DNA of 64,000 nt, from IMG/VR virus record IMGVR_UViG_3300044641_007115, positions 62,001 through 126,000 of that record; one strand, written 5' to 3'. The position numbers were made by a program, and so were the translations under genes. Under the pieces are notes generated by a model. That model worked only from the letters and a program-made list of their open reading frames with translations, was not told the DNA's origin and did no database searches. The stretch's first letter is position 1. Every line of letters begins with the position of its first letter. Positions 55,919-64,000 of this stretch are shown here, piece after piece.

Positions 55919-57204
55919 ATCTACGCATTCTCAAGAAAGAGGCCGTACCAGAAACAGGTGATCTGAGCCGGGTCCTGTTCCTACTTCCATCCGAAAACGA
56001 ACCGACTGCCGAAGACCTTGCAATGCTGCAAGCTCTTTACTCACGCGATCCACGGCCAATCGACGCGGCGGTGAAGTTGCTGAAGACATCCAAGTCAGGC
56101 GATTTCATGAACAAGTTCTACGTCGGTTATGGTCATGAATCCATCGCCGAACTTGGTGATGTCGTGATCGCTGTTGAAAACGTCCCGATGCCGGTAGCGA
56201 AGCTCATTCAGCACTACCAGCTTTACAAGGGTCAGGAGTGTTCCACACGGTATATCGACTTCAGCAATCAACCTTTCATCGCGCGCACGGACGCGGGGAA
56301 GGCATACCAAGAGAAGTTGCGGTCGTTCTATCTCAAGGCATTGGAGCCGACGACGGAACATTTGATCGCCCGGTTTGGTATTGATCGTGACAACGCCAAT
56401 GAAATGCGCGGCGCAAAGGCGGCGGCATTTGACGTGCTTCGTGGGTTCCTGCCTAACGGTGCGGTTACGAATCTGGCGTGGAAGACTGATCTTCGCTACC
56501 TGAACAACCGTTTGCATGCATTGAGCGATCACATCGAAGATTTCCCGGAACTCAAGGTGGTCATCGACAAGATCCGTGCGCTGGCGATGAAAGCCTTCCC
56601 CAATTCGATCCGTGAAGAGCGCAACGTCAACACCGATCCGCTCGAATGGCCTTTCGGCGGGGATATGGCAGAGTTCTGGATGTCGGATGTCAAGTACATC
56701 CCATTACGTCCCGTCAACGGAGAACAGCGCGGCATTATCGAATGGACCGATACCATCGACTTTGCCTCATGGCGCGATCTGGCCCGGCACCGGAGCGTCT
56801 ATCAGACCTTCCCGGTCATCGGTACCGACTACGGCTTTGAATGGTGGTACCACGATCAATTGCCGCCATCTTTGCAAGAAGAAGCCGAAGCCTTGGTCGA
56901 AGAAGGCCGCGCTATCAAAGACGATGTGTACGCCATCCCGATGGGGTTCAAAGTACCGTTCGTGGTGTCCGGCCCGTTGGAGAAATTCCGCTACATCATC
57001 CGGCTTCGTTCCGGGCTGACAGTTCATCCGACTCTTCGTGAGGCAATCTATTCTTTGGCTGGCCGTCTCACGGCACAATATGGATTGACTTTCTCCCGGC
57101 TGAATAGTTTGGCTTGGGTTGTAGGTGGGAAACGGGGCACACAGGACATCGTTCAGAAGGAAGAACAACCCCGTAATCCAGTGCTGCTACAGGAGAACGA
57201 ATAA
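55915..57204 (+). CDS. thyX: FAD-dependent thymidylate synthase (long, tandem-domain ThyX)
   Basis: A.YSR, GYGHESIAE, E.STRY, R.FLP, DLARHRS. Confidence 0.8.
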   Translation: MNLRILKKEAVPETGDLSRVLFLLPSENEPTAEDLAMLQALYSRDPRPIDAAVKLLKTSKSGDFMNKFYVGYGHESIAELGDVVIAVENVPMPVAKLIQHYQLYKGQECSTRYIDFSNQPFIARTDAGKAYQEKLRSFYLKALEPTTEHLIARFGIDRDNANEMRGAKAAAFDVLRGFLPNGAVTNLAWKTDLRYLNNRLHALSDHIEDFPELKVVIDKIRALAMKAFPNSIREERNVNTDPLEWPFGGDMAEFWMSDVKYIPLRPVNGEQRGIIEWTDTIDFASWRDLARHRSVYQTFPVIGTDYGFEWWYHDQLPPSLQEEAEALVEEGRAIKDDVYAIPMGFKVPFVVSGPLEKFRYIIRLRSGLTVHPTLREAIYSLAGRLTAQYGLTFSRLNSLAWVVGGKRGTQDIVQKEEQPRNPVLLQENE

Positions 57205-58025
57205 TGAGCGGAACAGGAACAGCCAAGGCACTTGAGGCGGCGGTAGAGAATATCACCCCGCCCGTCGCCCGCGACTATCTGAAGCTGAACAAATCCAACA
57301 ACCGGCCCATGAGCAACACCATTGTTCGTAGCTACCGGATGGATATGCTCAGCTACAACTTCAAACTGACGGGAGAACCCATTCAGTTTGATGTGAATGG
57401 TGTATTGGTCAACGGACAGCACCGCATGGAAGCGTTGGCGGGAATCGCGGATGACACTTTCTCGGTTCCCATGCTGGTCGTGCGGAATGTCCCGGAAGAT
57501 GCTTTCCGCTACATGGACAATGGTCTTCGTCGGTCCACTTCACAGGTTGCACAGATGGAGAACATTCCCTATGCATCGACTGTGGCGGCGGTCGGTCGCA
57601 TCATGTACATCATGGAGAACTATGGCCCGCACTACTTGAAGGGCGGAAAGAATCCTACCCGGATTCAGATCCTTGATTATGTGCGCAACAACTTCGAAAT
57701 GATTCAACGGGCCGCACAGATCGCGGATAGCTGTCGGGATCTGGTCATGCAGAGCGTTACCGGTGCATGCTTCTGCCTCTTCTACAAACAGAGCGGGCCG
57801 TCCGCTGAAACATTTTTCGAACGCTTGCGCACCGGCATCAATTTGACGGAATCGGACGCGGTGTATCATCTTCGCCAAAGGCTGATCGCCAACCGTGCCC
57901 GGCGCGGTAAGCTGGCTCAAGTCGATTTGATGGCTCTGTTCATTCTGGCTTGGAAGGCATTTCTGAATGGAAAGCCGATGCGTAAACTATACTGGAAAGA
58001 AGGGACAGAATTCCCAACACTCTAA
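57204..58025 (+). CDS. ParB-N-like (NGQHR) DNA-binding protein
   Basis: N..NR, GEPIQFD..G.L.NGQHR, D.G..R. Confidence 0.75.
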   Translation: MSGTGTAKALEAAVENITPPVARDYLKLNKSNNRPMSNTIVRSYRMDMLSYNFKLTGEPIQFDVNGVLVNGQHRMEALAGIADDTFSVPMLVVRNVPEDAFRYMDNGLRRSTSQVAQMENIPYASTVAAVGRIMYIMENYGPHYLKGGKNPTRIQILDYVRNNFEMIQRAAQIADSCRDLVMQSVTGACFCLFYKQSGPSAETFFERLRTGINLTESDAVYHLRQRLIANRARRGKLAQVDLMALFILAWKAFLNGKPMRKLYWKEGTEFPTL

Positions 58026-58027
58026 CT

Positions 58028-58528
58028 ATGCGTTTACTCATCACATCGTTTCTCTTCGTCGCGTCCGTGTTCGGTCAGACGAAGAATGATCTGTTCGTTA
58101 TGGCCGGGTCCAGTTTTTTCAGGCCCGGTCTGGCGGCGAAATCCTCTTTCAATCTTGGCTATGGTTATCTGCCAGACAAGTTGAAAGGCAACAAATTCAT
58201 CAATGAATTGACGGTTGGCTACACCTATGAGAACTGTGGTTCCGGGTTTTGGCCGACCGGAAATGGTGGTTGTCACACCCCGGCGGTTGGTGTCATGCGA
58301 AACTTTGACGTGCATCCGAAAATCACTCTCTACGGGTGGGTACAGGCGGGTGCAACTGGCATCACAGGCGGTAAAGATGTGGCGTGGCGATTCTATTCTG
58401 GCTACAGCGCTGGAATGATATATAAGCTACCACACAACTATTCCATCTGGACGCAAGTGACTCTAAACAAAGTAGTTACCGCGCCGGTGTATCCGAATGT
58501 GATGACAGGTTTGACGAAGAGTTGGTAG
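58028..58528 (+). CDS. secreted outer-membrane beta-barrel-like protein
   Basis: Sec signal peptide, alternating aromatic/Gly strands, C-terminal W. Confidence 0.55.
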   Translation: MRLLITSFLFVASVFGQTKNDLFVMAGSSFFRPGLAAKSSFNLGYGYLPDKLKGNKFINELTVGYTYENCGSGFWPTGNGGCHTPAVGVMRNFDVHPKITLYGWVQAGATGITGGKDVAWRFYSGYSAGMIYKLPHNYSIWTQVTLNKVVTAPVYPNVMTGLTKSW

Positions 58529-58668
58529 TGCTCCAATCTTCTAAATACCCGACAGCTTTCAGGATTCGATAGTTTTCAAACCGACAGAATCTTATTGGCG
58601 GGCGCGTCAGCCATCGCTGCCTGACGCGCCATTTTTGTCGCCAAAAATACGTGGCGAAGGAAGGAGTA

Positions 58669-60534
58669 ATGAATAAAGACTGGTCTAATCTTGCGAAGAT
58701 TGTCTATCGCAGAACGTATTCCCGACGTGATACGGGAGTTTTAGAGGGATGGAAAGAGACGGTTGACAGAGTGATCGCCGGGAACACCCGAACTGTTCCG
58801 GTGAGCGATCAAGAGAAGGAACGATTGCGGTATTTCATGATGAACCGCAAGGCGATTCCTGCCGGTCGCGGCTTGTGGTTTTCGGGTGCTCCGTCGCATG
58901 AGAAGATCGGCGGTTGTGCTCTGAACAACTGCTACTACTTCAACACAGCCGACTGGAACAACTTCGTGATCGCTCAAGACATGTTGATGTTGGGCGGCGG
59001 TGTTGGCATGAGTGTTGAGAACCGGTTCGTGTCGAAGTTGCCCAAGGTCAAGCGTGATGTCACGATTGTCCACAAGGACACGAACGATGCCGACTACATC
59101 GTGCCGGACTCCCGCGAAGGTTGGTGTGAGCTAACGCGCCGCGTGCTCGAATCGTTCTTCGTGACCGGAAAGTCCTTTTCGTATTCCACGGTTTGCATTC
59201 GTGGATATGGTCAGAAGATCAAAGGGTTTGGTGGTGTTGCATCCGGGCCGATTCCGTTGATTGGCTTCGTGGAGAAGCTGTGTGCCATTCTCAAGGAACG
59301 GGAAGGCAAGCATATTCGCCCGCTGGACGCGGCGGACATGATCTGTGTCACTGGTGAAATGGTCGTTGCTGGCAATGTCCGCCGTTCTGCCATCATCGTT
59401 CTTGGCGATCCTTACGACAAGGTGTATTTGGCGGCGAAACGCTGGTCCCTTGGCAACATTCCGACGTACCGGGCCTTTGCCAATTTCAGTGTCGTTGTAG
59501 ATGATGTGGAAGACCTTCATCCAGCGTTCTGGAAGACCTACGAAGATGGTGAACCGTTCGGTATCGTCAACCGCACGAACATCCAGAAGTATGGCCGTAT
59601 GGGTGAGTTGAAGCCGGATACAGCGGAAGGCGTCAATCCGTGCGCTGAAGCGACATTGGAGTCGGGTGAGAACTGCAATCTTCAGGAACTCCCGCTGATG
59701 AATCTCGAAGACGAAGGGGAATTCATTGAAGGCGCGCGGCTCATGCATCGGTATGGTAAGCGTGTTGCGATGGAAACCTACCATCAGCCGTCGATTCAAT
59801 CCGTTGTGCATCGGAACATGCGTATCGGGACCGGCATCACGGGATGCTTGGCAAGCCCGCTGTTCAACCCGAAGACGTTGGATAAGGTCTATGCCGCTAT
59901 CCAAGATGAGAATGTTCGCTACTCCAAGGAACTGAAGGTGCCGGAATCGATCCGCACCACGGTTGTCAAGCCGTCCGGCACGGTCAGCAAGTTGCTTGAC
60001 CAGCAAGGATATGAAGGCATTCATCCGGCGTTCTCCCGCTACATCATCCAGCGTGTGCGCTTCGCGGCGAACGATCCGTTGATTCCGATTCTTCGTGCTG
60101 CTAAGCATCAGATGGAACCGGTGATCCGTTTCGATGGCACCTACGACAACAACACGATAGTGGTAGACTTCTACGTCGAAGCACCGGAAGGCATGCCGGT
60201 CGCTGATGAAGATTGGGATACGTGGAAGCAACTGGATGTCGTCAAGATGGCCCAAGAACATTGGGCGGATCAGTCGGTGTCTGTGACGGTCTACTACAAG
60301 AAGGAAGAGATCCCGGAACTGAAGGCGTGGTTGGCTGAGAATCTTCAATACATCAAGACGATCAGTTTCTTGTGTCATTCTGACCACGGGTTCAAGCAAG
60401 CCCCGAAGGAAAAGATCAGCAAGGAGCAATTCCAGCGTTTGTCTTCGCGGGTCAAAGCTATCGACTTCGATCAGATTGCCGAAGGTGATTTGGAGTCTCA
60501 AGAATGTGTTTCGGGCGCTTGCCCGATTCGCTAA
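58669..60534 (+). CDS. nrdJ: class II (adenosylcobalamin-dependent, monomeric RTPR-type) ribonucleotide reductase
   Basis: RTYSR, GRGLW, NNC, GNVRRSA, NPCAE, KPSGT, C-terminal C.SGACP. Confidence 0.85.
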   Translation: MNKDWSNLAKIVYRRTYSRRDTGVLEGWKETVDRVIAGNTRTVPVSDQEKERLRYFMMNRKAIPAGRGLWFSGAPSHEKIGGCALNNCYYFNTADWNNFVIAQDMLMLGGGVGMSVENRFVSKLPKVKRDVTIVHKDTNDADYIVPDSREGWCELTRRVLESFFVTGKSFSYSTVCIRGYGQKIKGFGGVASGPIPLIGFVEKLCAILKEREGKHIRPLDAADMICVTGEMVVAGNVRRSAIIVLGDPYDKVYLAAKRWSLGNIPTYRAFANFSVVVDDVEDLHPAFWKTYEDGEPFGIVNRTNIQKYGRMGELKPDTAEGVNPCAEATLESGENCNLQELPLMNLEDEGEFIEGARLMHRYGKRVAMETYHQPSIQSVVHRNMRIGTGITGCLASPLFNPKTLDKVYAAIQDENVRYSKELKVPESIRTTVVKPSGTVSKLLDQQGYEGIHPAFSRYIIQRVRFAANDPLIPILRAAKHQMEPVIRFDGTYDNNTIVVDFYVEAPEGMPVADEDWDTWKQLDVVKMAQEHWADQSVSVTVYYKKEEIPELKAWLAENLQYIKTISFLCHSDHGFKQAPKEKISKEQFQRLSSRVKAIDFDQIAEGDLESQECVSGACPIR

Positions 60535-60556
60535 ACTGAGAGCGATTCCGTCAAGA

Positions 60557-60583
60557 GGCCGGGCCTTCGGGTCCGGCCTTTTT
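60557..60583 (+). terminator. intrinsic terminator (copy 3)
   Basis: GGCCGGGCCTTCGGGTCCGGCCTTTTT. Confidence 0.9.
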
Positions 60584-60617
60584 GTGTCTAACATACGGGT
60601 TCCTGTAAATATCGGTG

Positions 60618-60899
60618 ATGGCAGAACCGATCAGCATTTCCGTGGAGTTTGCTTCGTATAGCCGCACCAAGGACAACGAATATCTTGGCGAAGAGAAATT
60701 CACCGGCACTCGTTTAACACAATTGGCGCATAGCATCGCGGCGCATCTTCTCCCGCTCGAACGGTTCCATTCCGGTGTCGAATTTGAGATCGTCTCCTAT
60801 CATCGGCATGACGTGTCTTTCGACTCCCGGTGCAAACGACAACTGGAAGGAATGACGGAGCTTTTTCGAGTCCTTGTAGATCAAGTACTTAAGAGATAA
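60618..60899 (+). CDS. hypothetical late protein
   Basis: ATG 6 nt after TGTAAATA. Confidence 0.6.
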   Translation: MAEPISISVEFASYSRTKDNEYLGEEKFTGTRLTQLAHSIAAHLLPLERFHSGVEFEIVSYHRHDVSFDSRCKRQLEGMTELFRVLVDQVLKR

Positions 60900-60944
60900 C
60901 CGCACTTGTATGTCAAAAATTGCGGACGCCTAAACAGTGTCAGC

Positions 60945-61118
60945 ATGAGTGACTTTCGGAAACTTAGCATCATTTGCCAGTACTGTGAATCGACGTTTGT
61001 GTTGCGATTCGACGAAGCCTTTGACGGGCCACAATTCTGCCCATTTTGCGGAGAGCCACTGGACCTAGAAGAAGATGACGATGACCTAGAACCAGCGGAT
61101 GAGGATGATGACGACTAA
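60945..61118 (+). CDS. small zinc-ribbon protein with acidic tail
   Basis: CQYC...CPFCG followed by a D/E tail. Confidence 0.7.
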   Translation: MSDFRKLSIICQYCESTFVLRFDEAFDGPQFCPFCGEPLDLEEDDDDLEPADEDDDD

Positions 61119-61291
61119 AGCCAGTTCCATGTCCGACGCTTCCAGATGTGATGAGCAGCAATCATTTTTCCATCAATTCGAAAAGAACCATATCGACCAT
61201 TGGATGACAGACACCCTGTCCATTTCCAACAGGTTTCACTTTTCTGAACTTTTGACCAAAACCGGTTTTGGTGTTCGGCGGTAACTAGCAT
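61115..61291 (-). pseudogene. internally deleted HNH homing endonuclease remnant (58 aa)
   Basis: RFWSKV.K..TCW.WTG....YG.F...GK...AH joined directly to C-terminal I..RRTW.WL; HNH core absent. Confidence 0.7.
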
Positions 61292-61862
61292 GTGTCGTTA
61301 TGTAGTTGGAATAGATTACAGTATGACATGTCCGGCGGGCGTCTGCATCGATATGCACGCGCCAGCCGATTTTGCATCTACCAAGTTCATCTACGTGATG
61401 GATTCGAAGAAGGCGTCGCCATTGAAAAACATTGAAGCGGTTCCATACCCGGAAACCGATTCACAGGAAGCCCGGTTCGATTTCCTTGCACAGACTTTCG
61501 TGGGATGGATCGATATGGAAACCGGCGGCGATGTGGAAGTGTGGCTGGAAGACTACGCTTTCAACGCACGCGGGAAGGTGTTCCACATCGGTGAGAATAC
61601 CGGCCTGTTGAAGCATCATCTGTGGATGAAGGGTCGGACGTTTCATGTCATTGCTCCCACGGTCGCAAAAAAGCATGGAACGGGCAAAGGGACAGCCGAC
61701 AAACCGGCAATGTATGAGGCTTTTAGCAAGCGCATAAACATGGATTTGAAGAGCGTGTATGGGTCGAAAATGAAAGGAACAGGTAGTCCCTTCTCAGACC
61801 TTGCGGACGCCTACTTCATCGCACAGTATGGTGCGACCCAAGTTCTATGCCGAAAACCTTAA
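61290..61862 (+). CDS. RuvC-like nuclease / Holliday junction resolvase
   Basis: GIDYS, LEDY, I.ENTG.LK, G.G.A.K, D..DAY. Confidence 0.8.
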   Translation: MCRYVVGIDYSMTCPAGVCIDMHAPADFASTKFIYVMDSKKASPLKNIEAVPYPETDSQEARFDFLAQTFVGWIDMETGGDVEVWLEDYAFNARGKVFHIGENTGLLKHHLWMKGRTFHVIAPTVAKKHGTGKGTADKPAMYEAFSKRINMDLKSVYGSKMKGTGSPFSDLADAYFIAQYGATQVLCRKP

Positions 61863-62560
61863 TCGTTGCTGATATCCACGAAGACGACATCTATCTTCAA
61901 CAGGCCGAAGAGCGCGCGGCGCAAGCCGATGCGGTCGTTTGCCTTGGAGACTATTGGGATTCGTGGAACGGTGTGACGGAAGTCACCCACACGATCACTG
62001 AATGGGTCAAGAAGAAGCTGTATGACCCGAAGTGGACGATGCTGTGGGGAAATCACGATCTTCACTACGCATTCGATATCCGGGCCTTCCGTTGCTCTGG
62101 ATACTCTTCCTTGCGTGCGTCGATCATCAAACCGAAATACACCATGAAAGATTGGGCGCGGATGCGTTGTCATGCTTTCGTGGATGGTTGGTTGTTAACG
62201 CATGCCGGGGTTGTGCCGCAATTGGTGACGGTGCCGGATGGAATGTCCTTTCCAGACTGGATGCATCAACAGGAAGCGGATATTCGCCGGGCACTAGGTC
62301 AGGCGGTTCCGCACCCGTGGCTTGAGGCTGGCCGGTCGCGTGGTGGAAGTTTCCACAACGTCTATGGCGGTCTGGTGTGGGCGGACTGGTCGGAGATGGG
62401 TGTGATTCCCGGTGTCAATCAGTTGGTCGGTCACACCGAAGCCCGGCAAGTCCGGCGCATCGAAGTGGACGGATTCCAGTCTGTTTGCATGGACACACAA
62501 CGTCGTCATTTTGCTTGGATCGAAGATGGTATTCTGAAGTTCGAGCAAGTGAAGAATTGA
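61847..62560 (+). CDS. calcineurin-like metallophosphoesterase
   Basis: DIH, GDY.D, GNHD, THAG, GHT. Confidence 0.9.
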   Translation: MPKTLIVADIHEDDIYLQQAEERAAQADAVVCLGDYWDSWNGVTEVTHTITEWVKKKLYDPKWTMLWGNHDLHYAFDIRAFRCSGYSSLRASIIKPKYTMKDWARMRCHAFVDGWLLTHAGVVPQLVTVPDGMSFPDWMHQQEADIRRALGQAVPHPWLEAGRSRGGSFHNVYGGLVWADWSEMGVIPGVNQLVGHTEARQVRRIEVDGFQSVCMDTQRRHFAWIEDGILKFEQVKN

Positions 62561-62585
62561 CATATAGGTCGGTATGATGTATACT
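62557..62585 (+). promoter_or_regulatory. early promoter TTGACATATAGGTC...TATACT
   Basis: 17-nt spacer; leader GGAGAGAACG. Confidence 0.85.
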
Positions 62586-62601
62586 GACTTTGGAGAGAAC
62601 G

Positions 62602-62991
62602 ATGCCGGATCAGGAATTAGTCATGCCTAAACCGCGCCGGGCCGCACGCCCCGTTGTGAAAAATTTTCGTTTGGTTCCGCCCGTAGTTGATCCAGCCAGC
62701 TTCCTTGGCTCTTTGAATGCGCGGGCGGAATTTCACGTCAAGTTGTTGAAGGTGATCGAATCGAATGGAACGCGCTACTGGAAAGTGGAAACCCGCGAAC
62801 ACAAGATTGGAATCATCCCGGAGTCTGCGGTATCCTATGCGTCAATGGTTGAAATTGTTGAAGTGAATGATTGCTTCCTGATGTCGGGCACTGTTCAGCG
62901 ACAAGCCGCGACGGAATCGGGCGAAGCGCAAACGTTTTTCCGTGACGTAGAGATCACACGGAACTTCGGAACACCTACGAAAGCGAAGTGA
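62602..62991 (+). CDS. OB-fold-like hypothetical protein
   Basis: first ORF after the early promoter, SD GGAGAG. Confidence 0.6.
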   Translation: MPDQELVMPKPRRAARPVVKNFRLVPPVVDPASFLGSLNARAEFHVKLLKVIESNGTRYWKVETREHKIGIIPESAVSYASMVEIVEVNDCFLMSGTVQRQAATESGEAQTFFRDVEITRNFGTPTKAK

Positions 62992-62995
62992 TGGT

Positions 62996-63655
62996 ATGAA
63001 AAAGGTTCGAACCGAACCATTCTTTCGGGGCGATACATTCACCGGATCTGTCTCTGAAGCTCTGACATGGTATCGCAAGAACAGTACGGCCACCCAACAA
63101 AAACAATGGGTGATCGACTTCCTCATCTATCACAACCGCATAACTCGGTTACCGTTCACTGACGAAAAGCCATTCCCCGCTGATGTAGTGGATCGCGCCC
63201 GCGCGTGTGATGAGCACGGGTGTATAGGCGTCGGATCTGTTGCCCGACTGTTGACCAAAGGGGTCCCGCTGGACAAGAAAACGGTCACCCGCCTATACGA
63301 TCACATCCGGTCGCTGAAACCCAAACCGCCCCGTGCCGCCCGGCCCGTCGAAGACTCCGAACTCACCAAAATTCGCTACTACATCGATGGTGTGATCGAT
63401 GATATCTGTCTTCATCGAAAACCCAAACTACCGTCGCCAAATCGGGAGAAGTGGCGGGAGTCTTTGACATTGGAACAGCGGGCGATATTGGCCCGCGTTT
63501 ACCAGAAGACCTACGATGAGATTTTCGCGGCGGCATCGGAAGAAGACGAAGAGTTGATGGAAGCCTACAGCAATATGAGTGTTTTCCAGATGGATGCGCT
63601 GGTCAACTATTTGCAAAGCATCGTGGTCTACAAGAAAGCGAAGGCGGGCAAATGA
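62996..63655 (+). CDS. hypothetical T4-like protein
   Basis: AL.WY; DEEL.EAYS.M. Confidence 0.65.
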   Translation: MKKVRTEPFFRGDTFTGSVSEALTWYRKNSTATQQKQWVIDFLIYHNRITRLPFTDEKPFPADVVDRARACDEHGCIGVGSVARLLTKGVPLDKKTVTRLYDHIRSLKPKPPRAARPVEDSELTKIRYYIDGVIDDICLHRKPKLPSPNREKWRESLTLEQRAILARVYQKTYDEIFAAASEEDEELMEAYSNMSVFQMDALVNYLQSIVVYKKAKAGK

Positions 63656-64000
63656 CCGAAGAACAAGTACGGGCGATTGCGGTGCGCATCTATTCCGTGA
63701 TTCGTGCTCTGAACAATGAGTTTGGGAAGTTGTACCCTGCATGGGAGCACGCCGGGGATGACCAGCAAACTACGTTTATTGAAGGTGTCCGTTTTCATCT
63801 GAACAACCCGGACATGACGCCGAAGGAAACGCACGATTGGTGGATGGAAGACAAGGCGGCGAAGGGATGGACCTATGGGCCGGTCAAAGATGAAGTCGCT
63901 AAGCATCATCCAAGCATGATCCCTTACGAAGACCTTTCCGAACTGGAACGCGGCAAGGATGTGGTGTTCATCGAACTGTGCCGAATCCTTTCTTCGCTGG
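63652..64000 (+). CDS. RyR-domain protein (3' end cut by window edge)
   Basis: manual translation: H..WM..K...GW.YGPVKD...K.HP.M.PY..L...ER.KD. Confidence 0.8.
   Translation, partial: MTEEQVRAIAVRIYSVIRALNNEFGKLYPAWEHAGDDQQTTFIEGVRFHLNNPDMTPKETHDWWMEDKAAKGWTYGPVKDEVAKHHPSMIPYEDLSELERGKDVVFIELCRILSSL

Noticed and set aside
1-64000. tRNA genes and CRISPR arrays
   Set aside because: No cloverleaf with a T-loop and no repeat-spacer array noticed in the few intergenic gaps; tRNAscan-SE was not run.

Overview
This window is a 64-kb segment of a large, GC-rich T4-like (Tevenvirinae/Kyanoviridae-style) myovirus genome. The conserved core runs gp3, uvsY, uvsW, gp55, gp47, gp46, cobT-like, cobS-like, gp45, gp44, gp62, [insert; no regA seen], gp43, uvsX, gp41, followed later by primase gp61, ThyX, a class II ribonucleotide reductase and a RuvC-like nuclease. 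Accessory genes include an RNA-repair set (Thg1-like, RlaP-type nucleotidyltransferase, Ro60/TROVE), NAD salvage (NadV plus a NadM-Nudix with a degenerate HxGH), an Acb1-like phosphodiesterase, a DarG-like macrodomain, MazG and DUF550 pyrophosphatases, Hsp20, and several proteins with a T4-type capsid-targeting sequence. Four things stand out beyond the ORF track. (1) An unassigned ~417-nt, end-paired, highly structured minus-strand ncRNA at 15385-15801. (2) A ~125-nt structured RNA directly downstream of Ro60, a candidate non-canonical Y RNA. (3) Four degenerate or truncated paralogues of virion proteins (prohead protease, sheath C-terminus, capsid C-terminus, tube), possibly immune decoys. 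(4) Pervasive leaderless transcription from both sigma70-type and gp55-type promoters. All assignments come from motif recognition by eye; no database search or folding program was run.
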